Source of the DNA: Bacilli bacterium
Lineage (GTDB): Bacteria; Bacillota_I; Bacilli_A; ML615J-28; CAG-698
Reading direction: 5' to 3'
DNA length: 64,000 nt
Assembly: GCA_050953065.1 (NCBI GenBank)
Contig: JBMNLZ010000003.1
Coordinates: 384,001 to 448,000, forward strand
Shown here: piece after piece, positions 57,370 through 64,000 of the stretch
Layout of the letters: the number at the start of each line of letters is the position of its first letter
Position numbering within the stretch: the stretch's first letter is position 1
Program-made: the position numbers and the translations under genes
The notes under the pieces: generated by a model
Database searches by the model: none
Seen by the model: only the letters and a program-made list of their open reading frames with translations
Told to the model about the DNA's origin: nothing

Positions 57370-57720
57370 CTAATTATACCATGCTTTCGTTATATATATT
57401 AACATTAAAACAAATGGTACTATAAATATCATTACAAGCCAAAACAGACTTAAAGAAATACCTATTTTACAGCATCTTCTATTTCTAATATAATTTGGGC
57501 CTTTAGGATTATTATAATGGCTTAATCCAATCATCCCAAAAACCAACCCTAATAATCCAAACAATCCAAAAATAATTGATAGGATTGCTAAAAGTGAACT
57601 ATCTATTGGACCAGAAGATTCAGTAGTTGGATTTAAATCTTCTAATTCTCTAGAGCCACAATAAGGACAACTTAGAGCACCGTATAAAATAAGCTCATTA
57701 CAATTCTTACAACGTTTCAT
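57370..57720 (-). CDS. Zinc-ribbon plus DUF4190-like small membrane protein
   Basis: CKNC...CPYCG followed by two TM helices. Confidence 0.7.
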   Translation of the reverse strand: MKRCKNCNELILYGALSCPYCGSRELEDLNPTTESSGPIDSSLLAILSIIFGLFGLLGLVFGMIGLSHYNNPKGPNYIRNRRCCKIGISLSLFWLVMIFIVPFVLMLIYITKAWYN

Positions 57721-57722
57721 TT

Positions 57723-57944
57723 TTATATGTCTTCCTTTATATCAATTTTAGAATCATCAATAAAAATATCAATTAGATTAACAACTTCTTTTAATTCTTT
57801 TGTATGTAATGTTTCATATGAACTATTAAGATATTCAAAAACTGAATATTTATCAAACAAAGCTATAACAGCACTATCAGTCATATTTTTTTGGTTTTTG
57901 TATTCTTCAACACAAAACACCATAAACAATAATTCTTTGTTCAT
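57723..57944 (-). CDS. DUF3791-like small protein
   Basis: FMVFCVEEYK...ALFDKYSVFEYL...YETLHT; GGAGG RBS. Confidence 0.7.
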   Translation of the reverse strand: MNKELLFMVFCVEEYKNQKNMTDSAVIALFDKYSVFEYLNSSYETLHTKELKEVVNLIDIFIDDSKIDIKEDI

Positions 57945-58122
57945 ATGTTCCTCCTATTTAAAATAATTTTATTTTTCTTAACATTTCTTGTATTACATTA
58001 TAAATCATTTTTTTCTAAAATTCTAGTATTAGAAAATTATTTTTTCATATTGTTTTCATTTATAATCTATGCTACAATATATATACATAAGAATTATTAA
58101 ATATTTATGTTAAGGACTAATT

Positions 58123-58818
58123 ATGCAAATCAAAGGTTTCCAAAAACTAACATTATTAGATTACCCAGGTAAACTAGGAGCCACCGTATTCACTGGTGGC
58201 TGTAATTTTCGCTGTGGATTCTGCCATAATGGTTCTTTAGTTTTAAATCCTACTAGCATACCTAGCATTTCTTCTGAAGAAGTACTTGAAACACTAAAAC
58301 AAAAAAAGAAAGTTTTAGAAGGAGTTTGTATTACTGGAGGAGAACCACTTCTTCAAAATGATTTAGAAGAATTCTTAATCGCTTTGAAGGAAATGGGTTA
58401 TTTAATAAAACTTGATACAAATGGAAGTTTTCCAAAAAGACTTAAACTTTTGATTGATAATAATTTAGTTGATTATATCGCAATGGATATTAAAAACTCT
58501 TTAGAGAAATATCCACTATCAATTGGTATCAAAAATTTTGATACTAACGTCATTAAAGAAAGTATAGAAATAATAAAAAGTTCTAAGATAGATTATGAAT
58601 TTAGAACGACAACTGTAAAAGAATTACATTCTAAAGAAGACTTTATAGCAATAGGGATTCTTTTACAAGGAGCAAACAAGTTATACTTACAAGCCTATGA
58701 AACTTCACCTGATGTTATAGAAAAAGGCTTACATGCTCACACTAAGGAAGAAATGATTTCCTTTAAAGAAATCTTAAAAACTTATATAAAAGAAGTTTCT
58801 CTAAGAGGAATTGATTAA
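58123..58818 (+). CDS. nrdG: Anaerobic ribonucleotide reductase activating protein (radical SAM)
   Basis: TLLDYPG, CNFRCGFCHN, ITGGEP, KLDTNG, YEFRTT; adjacent to nrdD. Confidence 0.95.
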   Translation: MQIKGFQKLTLLDYPGKLGATVFTGGCNFRCGFCHNGSLVLNPTSIPSISSEEVLETLKQKKKVLEGVCITGGEPLLQNDLEEFLIALKEMGYLIKLDTNGSFPKRLKLLIDNNLVDYIAMDIKNSLEKYPLSIGIKNFDTNVIKESIEIIKSSKIDYEFRTTTVKELHSKEDFIAIGILLQGANKLYLQAYETSPDVIEKGLHAHTKEEMISFKEILKTYIKEVSLRGID

Positions 58819-58909
58819 AAAAAGAAAAGCATATCTTATGTTTTTTTTAAATTTATTTGATATAATTGAATCACTAGATTATTATATAAAATATTAAGGA
58901 GGATTTACT

Positions 58910-61288
58910 ATGTATCGAGTAGTTAAGCGTGACGGTAAAGTTGTTGATTTCGACCTTACCAAAATTTCAAATGCGATTGAAAAAGCATTTGTTGCTAAAG
59001 AAAGGGAATATCATCACGATATTTTAGAGATGTTAGCTCTAAGAGTAACTGCAAGTTTTGAACCAAAAATCAAAGATCATTTGATTTCAGTTGAAGACAT
59101 CCAAGACAGTGTTGAGGAAGTATTAATTCAAGCAGGTTATACTGATGTTGCTAAAGCTTACATTCTTTACCGTAAACAAAGAGAAAAAGTTCGTGAAATC
59201 GATAAAGAAGTTCTTAACTACAAAAAGGTAGTAAACGACTATGTAGATTTATCTGATTGGCGTGTTAAAGAAAACTCTACAGTTACTTATTCTGTTGGTG
59301 GACTTATTTTAAGTAACTCAGGAGCAATCACAGCTAATTACTGGCTTTCAGAAATCTATGATGAAGAAATTGCTAAAGCTCATAAAGATACAGCTATTCA
59401 CATCCATGACTTATCAATGCTTTCAGGATATTGTGCTGGTTGGTCTTTAAGGCAACTTATCGAAGAAGGTCTAGGTGGAGTTGAAGGTAAGATTACATCA
59501 AGCCCTGCAAGTCATTTATCAACTCTATGTAATCAAATGGTTAACTTCTTAGGTATTATGCAAAACGAATGGGCTGGTGCTCAAGCTTTCTCTAGCTTTG
59601 ATACATATCTTGCTCCATTTGTAAAAGCAGACAACCTAGACTACAAACAAACAAAACAAGCAATTCAATCATTTATCTTTGGTGTAAATACTCCTTCTAG
59701 ATGGGGTTGTCAATCACCATTCTCAAACATTACACTAGATTGGACAGTTCCTGCTGACTTAGCAGATAAACCTGCAATCGTTGGTGGAAAAGAACAAGAT
59801 TTCTTTTATAGAGATTGTCAAAAAGAAATGGATATGATCAATAAAGCATTTATTGAAATTATGATTGAAGGAGATGCTAATGGAAGAGGTTTCCAATATC
59901 CAATTCCAACATATTCAATCACAAAAGATTTTGATTGGTCAGAAACTGAAAATAATCGCCTATTATTTGAAATGACTGCAAAATACGGAACACCATATTT
60001 TTCTAACTATATTAATAGTGATATGTCACCAAGTGATGTTAGAAGTATGTGCTGTAGATTAAGACTTGACCTTCGTGAATTACGTAAGAAATCTGGTGGA
60101 TTCTTTGGTAGTGGTGAAAGCACTGGTTCAATTGGTGTTGTTACTATTAACTTACCTCAAATTGCTTACCTTGCAAAAGATGAAGATGAATTCTTTACTA
60201 GATTAAATAAACTAATGGATATTTCAGCTAGAAGCTTACATATCAAACGTGATGTAATTACAAAACTACTTAACAGCGGACTTTATCCTTATACATTAAG
60301 ATACCTTGGAAGCTTTGATAACCACTTCTCAACAATTGGACTTGTTGGTATGAACGAAGTTGGCTTAAATGCTAATTGGCTTCAAGCAGATATGACTAAC
60401 AAAAAGACTCAAGAGTTTGCTAAGAAAGTGTTAAATCATATGAGAGAACGCTTAGCTGACTATCAAGAAGCTTACCCTGGAGAATTATTCAACCTAGAAG
60501 CTACTCCAGCTGAATCAACAAGCTACCGCCTTGCAATGCATGATATTAAAAAATATCCTGATATTAAAACTGCTTCTAAAGAAGGTGATACACCTTATTA
60601 TACAAATAGTTCTCATCTACCAGTATCATATACTGATGATATCTTCTCTGCTCTTGACATCCAAGATGAACTTCAAACACTTTATACATCAGGAACAGTA
60701 TTTCATGGTTTCTTAGGTGAAAAACTTCCAGATTGGAAAGCAGCTGCTTCTTTAGTAAGAACAATTGCTGAAAATTATCGTCTTCCTTACTATACTCTAA
60801 GTCCAACTTATTCTGTATGTAAGAATGATGGATATATTAATGGAGAAGTTTATACTTGTCCTAATTGTAAAGAAGCAACTGAAGTATATAGTAGAATTAC
60901 AGGATATTACCGTCCAGTGCAACATTGGAACGATGGTAAAGCTCAAGAGTTTAAAGAAAGAAAAATTTATAATATTGCAAATTCAAAATTAGTTTCTAAA
61001 TCACTTGGTAGTGTCAAAGAAGCAATTGAAAAGAAAAAAACATTTATCACTGAAAAAGGAAGAACAATCCTATTCACAACTAAGACTTGTCCTGATTGTA
61101 AAATCACAGTTAAGTCTCTTGATAAATCAAACATTCCTTACGAATACTTAGATGCAAACGAAAACGCTACTCTAGCAAAAGAATTTGATATTCAAGCAGT
61201 ACCAACATTAGTTGTAGTAGGTGATGATGGAACTTATGAAAAATTTGTAAGATTTGGTGAAATTAAAAAATACGCTGAAAAGCATTAA
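58910..61288 (+). CDS. nrdD: Class III ribonucleotide reductase with ATP cone and C-terminal glutaredoxin-like domain
   Basis: VVKRDG ATP cone; HIHDL, SMCCRL, EATPAES, glycyl-radical YSRITGYY; C-terminal TCPDC...AVPT. Confidence 0.96.
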   Translation: MYRVVKRDGKVVDFDLTKISNAIEKAFVAKEREYHHDILEMLALRVTASFEPKIKDHLISVEDIQDSVEEVLIQAGYTDVAKAYILYRKQREKVREIDKEVLNYKKVVNDYVDLSDWRVKENSTVTYSVGGLILSNSGAITANYWLSEIYDEEIAKAHKDTAIHIHDLSMLSGYCAGWSLRQLIEEGLGGVEGKITSSPASHLSTLCNQMVNFLGIMQNEWAGAQAFSSFDTYLAPFVKADNLDYKQTKQAIQSFIFGVNTPSRWGCQSPFSNITLDWTVPADLADKPAIVGGKEQDFFYRDCQKEMDMINKAFIEIMIEGDANGRGFQYPIPTYSITKDFDWSETENNRLLFEMTAKYGTPYFSNYINSDMSPSDVRSMCCRLRLDLRELRKKSGGFFGSGESTGSIGVVTINLPQIAYLAKDEDEFFTRLNKLMDISARSLHIKRDVITKLLNSGLYPYTLRYLGSFDNHFSTIGLVGMNEVGLNANWLQADMTNKKTQEFAKKVLNHMRERLADYQEAYPGELFNLEATPAESTSYRLAMHDIKKYPDIKTASKEGDTPYYTNSSHLPVSYTDDIFSALDIQDELQTLYTSGTVFHGFLGEKLPDWKAAASLVRTIAENYRLPYYTLSPTYSVCKNDGYINGEVYTCPNCKEATEVYSRITGYYRPVQHWNDGKAQEFKERKIYNIANSKLVSKSLGSVKEAIEKKKTFITEKGRTILFTTKTCPDCKITVKSLDKSNIPYEYLDANENATLAKEFDIQAVPTLVVVGDDGTYEKFVRFGEIKKYAEKH

Positions 61289-61292
61289 AAAT

Positions 61293-61325
61293 AAAAGGCT
61301 TGTTTTAAATAAAACAAGTCTTTTT
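61293..61325 (+). terminator. nrdD terminator
   Basis: GGCTTGTTTTA-aa-TAAAACAAGTC followed by TTTTT. Confidence 0.8.
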
Positions 61326-61599
61326 CATTTTTCTTAAATCTTAAAAATAAAATAATTGTAACTAATGTTTAAATTTATGGTCCAAAGCAACCAAATTATA
61401 ATTCCTAACTTTTCAAAATCATCTTGCTATACCCAAAATGTCTATCCATTTGTTTAACAAATGATAATAAGATTACTATAATTATAGTATATAGAAAGTT
61501 AAAATTAAACTAAACCCCTAAATTCGGACTAACCAGAAAAAGGAGTTCAGTTAAATAAGGCGATTTTAAATTAATTAGATTACTAATCAAATATTTTTA

Positions 61600-61674
61600 T
61601 GGCAGGACCAGAAGGATTCGAACCTCCGAATAATTGGGTCAGAGCCAACTGCCTTACCGCTTGGCTATGGTCCT
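61600..61674 (-). tRNA. tRNA-Gln(CTG)
   Basis: AGGACCATAGCCAAGCGGTAAGGC...CT-CTG-AC...GGTTCGAATCC...TGGTCCTGCCA; encoded CCA. Confidence 0.93.
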
Positions 61675-61814
61675 AAATTAATTTTAGTTAAGACAACCTC
61701 TTTTTTATTTTAAGTTGCTTTTCTCTAAATCATTTCAAATTACATCACATCCATTTTCCTAATTTCAATTTATAAACAAAAAAACTTTGATAAAAATCAA
61801 AGCTTAATTTGTAT

Positions 61815-61889
61815 TGGCAGGGCCAGATTGATTTGAACAATCGAATGACGGAGTCAAAGTCCGTTGCCTTACCACTTGGCTATGGCCCT
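61815..61889 (-). tRNA. tRNA-Gln(TTG)
   Basis: AGGGCCATAGCCAAGTGGTAAGGCAACGGACT-TTG-ACTCCG...GTTCAAATC...TGGCCCTGCCA. Confidence 0.95.
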
Positions 61890-61895
61890 AAAGAA

Positions 61896-61980
61896 TGGTG
61901 GTGGGGAGTGGATTCGAACCACCGAACTCGGAGAGAGTGGATTTACAGTCCACCGCGTTTAGCCACTTCGCTACCCCACC
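61896..61980 (-). tRNA. tRNA-Tyr(GTA)
   Basis: GGTGGGGTAGCGAAGTGGCTAAACGCGGTGGACT-GTA-AATCCAC, long variable arm, GGTTCGAATCC, CCA. Confidence 0.96.
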
Positions 61981-61997
61981 AACTTGATTGCTATAAC

Positions 61998-62026
61998 ATT
62001 TTACTATAAAAGTAAAAAGAATGCAA
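61998..62026 (-). promoter_or_regulatory. Sigma-A promoter of the tRNA cluster
   Basis: TTGCAT-17 nt-TAAAAT. Confidence 0.7.
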
Positions 62027-62056
62027 CCTTTTTATTAATAAAAATACTAATCCTTT

Positions 62057-62983
62057 CTAAGAAGGATTAGTATTTGGTAAAATTCTTTGAATTATTTCTA
62101 AGTTTTCTCGCATTAAAGAAATATAATTTTCTCCATTTTCTATCTCTTCATCAGTTCTACTTCCTAAGTTATGCATATAAACTCTTTCTCCACCAATACC
62201 ACTGACATAGATTCCGATATTACTACATTCTGCTTCATTCTTTGTTACTACAACATGTTTAATTCCTAATTCATTTGCTTGATTAATTTTTTCTTGAATT
62301 TGACTGCTTGGAACTTCGCATGAATCATTATCACTTCTTAATCTAATTCTCTTAATTCCATATGTATCTTCCCAATAAACATATGCATCATGGTCTACCA
62401 TAATATATCTATCTTTAAAAGGAACATCTTGAATTGCTAAATTAAAATCTCTATGTAGATCAGCTAAATCAACAGACAAACTACTGGCATTTTCTTCAAA
62501 GATACTTGCTTTGTCTGGATTTAATTCACTTAAGGCATCAACTACCACATCAAGCATAACAAGCATTCTTGAAGGATCAAGCCAAACATGAGCATCATAT
62601 AAATAATGATGTTCGTGTTCACCATGCCCACAAGACCCATCTGTTTCAACTAAGTTTAAATGATCTGATAAACATATTAAATTACTATTCTTAAAAATTG
62701 AATCTTTATTAGTTTCAATAAATGCTTCTAATCCTAAACCAATATAAAATATTGCTTTAGAATTAGACATATATTCAATTATCTTAGCAGTAGGTTCAAA
62801 GCCATGAATTGCTTGGCCTTTAGAATAAATCGACTTAACAGTATATTCATCTCCTGCTACAGTTTCAACTAGAAACTGAATTGGATAAACTGAAGTATAG
62901 ATATCAGCTTTTGCATTTTTCCCACAAGCAGAAAGTATTACTGCCATAAATAAACCTATCAAAATTAAAACTATTTTTTTCAA
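62057..62983 (-). CDS. Zn/Mn ABC substrate-binding lipoprotein (ZnuA/AdcA family)
   Basis: Lipobox LSAC; HGFEPT, His-rich loop, DAHVWLDP, HDAYVYW motifs. Confidence 0.9.
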   Translation of the reverse strand: MKKIVLILIGLFMAVILSACGKNAKADIYTSVYPIQFLVETVAGDEYTVKSIYSKGQAIHGFEPTAKIIEYMSNSKAIFYIGLGLEAFIETNKDSIFKNSNLICLSDHLNLVETDGSCGHGEHEHHYLYDAHVWLDPSRMLVMLDVVVDALSELNPDKASIFEENASSLSVDLADLHRDFNLAIQDVPFKDRYIMVDHDAYVYWEDTYGIKRIRLRSDNDSCEVPSSQIQEKINQANELGIKHVVVTKNEAECSNIGIYVSGIGGERVYMHNLGSRTDEEIENGENYISLMRENLEIIQRILPNTNPS

Positions 62984-63516
62984 ACTAACACCTCATTTTT
63001 TATTTCTTCAAAACTTTCTTTAAAACTTGTATAGTTAATTACCTTGATACCATAAGCATCATCTTTAACAGTAATTTCTTTTAATTCACTTTCATTAATA
63101 TATTTTAGGATTTGTTCTGCTCTTTTATAAACTAAAACTATTTTTACTGCTCTTTTTTCACTCTTATATTCATCTTTTAAAAACTCAATTAATTCATTAA
63201 CATAACGTTGATTAGGATATCTTCTACCAGGGTTATTTTTTGGGCCTCCCCAAGTTAAGCTCCAAGTAGTTTTATTATTAACTGTAATACAAGAAGGAAT
63301 ATTTACATCTAAAATTCTAATATAAAAAATAGCCTTATCATTTTCTAATATATAATGATAATCTTTATGTTTTACTTTTGTTAAAGTTAAATTATAAAGT
63401 GAAGATATTTCATTTAATAAAGTCGAAATATCCTTAGACCTAACAAATGGTTTTACCGCAAAATCAACCACTATTACAAGAGCCATCAATCCTAAAAATA
63501 TATATAAAAATTCCAT
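62980..63516 (-). CDS. Hypothetical protein with N-terminal TM helix
   Basis: 178-aa ORF, AGGAG RBS, stop overlaps the downstream start. Confidence 0.7.
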   Translation of the reverse strand: MEFLYIFLGLMALVIVVDFAVKPFVRSKDISTLLNEISSLYNLTLTKVKHKDYHYILENDKAIFYIRILDVNIPSCITVNNKTTWSLTWGGPKNNPGRRYPNQRYVNELIEFLKDEYKSEKRAVKIVLVYKRAEQILKYINESELKEITVKDDAYGIKVINYTSFKESFEEIKNEVLV

Positions 63517-63647
63517 TTAATAATCTACTCCTTAATTAATAAAAAATGCTTCCTTTCGTATTATAACACAGAAGATTTATCTTTTAAACATTTTATTTTT
63601 TATTTTAATGTGTTATAATACATTTTGTATATAAGAGGTGAATAAAG

Positions 63648-64000
63648 ATGTATGATAACAATCTAACAGATCAAGAATTAGTTCGTAGAGCTAAAATGGA
63701 AGAATTACGTGAAAAAGGAATTGATCCTTTTGGAGCTAGTTTTAAAAGAACCAGCAATTCAAAAGAATTACTAACTAAATTTGAAAATCATTCTAAAGAA
63801 GATTTAGAAGCATTAAATTTAGAAGTAAGTGTTGCTGGTAGAATTATGACTAAAAGGGGAAAAGGAAAAGTTGCTTTTATGCATATTCAAGACAAATTCG
63901 GTAAACTTCAACTATATATTAGACAAGATATGGTAAGTGAAAAAGAATATGAAATATGCAGTAAAAGTGATATTGGAGATATCATCGGAGTAAAGGGGAA
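63648..64000 (+). CDS. lysS: Lysyl-tRNA synthetase, N-terminal part (runs off the window)
   Basis: Hand translation: MYDNNLTDQELVRRAKMEELREKGIDPFG...VSVAGRIMTKRGKGKVAFMHIQD...DIGDIIGVKG; GAGGTG RBS. Confidence 0.95.
   Translation, partial: MYDNNLTDQELVRRAKMEELREKGIDPFGASFKRTSNSKELLTKFENHSKEDLEALNLEVSVAGRIMTKRGKGKVAFMHIQDKFGKLQLYIRQDMVSEKEYEICSKSDIGDIIGVKG

Noticed and set aside
57370-57944. DUF3791-like and zinc-ribbon genes as a toxin-antitoxin or mobile cassette
   Set aside because: No DUF3990 or toxin partner, integrase or flanking repeats visible.
1533-60806. Numerous 60-120-aa ORFs inside longer genes (e.g. 1533, 1785, 7901, 9643, 35939, 43064, 54825, 57727, 60531)
   Set aside because: They overlap well-supported genes on the opposite strand or in another frame, with no recognisable motifs.
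61809-62009. 66-aa plus-strand ORF
   Set aside because: Antisense to the tRNA-Gln and tRNA-Tyr genes.
1-64000. Genetic code 4 (UGA = Trp) as in Mycoplasma
   Set aside because: TGA ends anmK, the GH20 gene, tdk and the RluA gene at sensible positions with coupled downstream starts; conserved Trp residues translate normally under the standard code.

Overview
Very AT-rich bacterial chromosomal DNA using the standard code (TGA ends several clear genes), with almost all genes on the minus strand. Gene content and the many Big_2 (Ig-like) lipoproteins suggest an Acholeplasmatales/Izemoplasmatales-like, possibly wall-less member of the Bacilli; this is inference and cannot be proven from the window. 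The first ~34 kb is one large peptidoglycan-foraging locus. It has murQ, anmK, two NagZ-type GH3s, namZ, nagB, GH20, a GHL10 hydrolase, an AmiE-like serine hydrolase, a PIG-L deacetylase, two tandem-GNAT acetyltransferases, an alpha/beta hydrolase and a LysA-M19 dipeptidase fusion. These surround an oversized importer: two binding proteins, four CUT1 permeases (one fused to DUF975), and DUF5696, YIP1, NHL-repeat and YesL-like proteins. Next come the SRP RNA, two giant Big_2 lipoproteins around a GDPD, and housekeeping genes (dusB, tadA, tdk, rpmE, glyA, nrdG/nrdD, lysS, three tRNAs). A surface amidase, a D-aminopeptidase, an H1-tailed YcxB protein and an orphan RsgI-like lipoprotein lie among them. 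No CRISPR array, prophage or intact IS was seen. Family assignments come from recognised motifs, not database searches.
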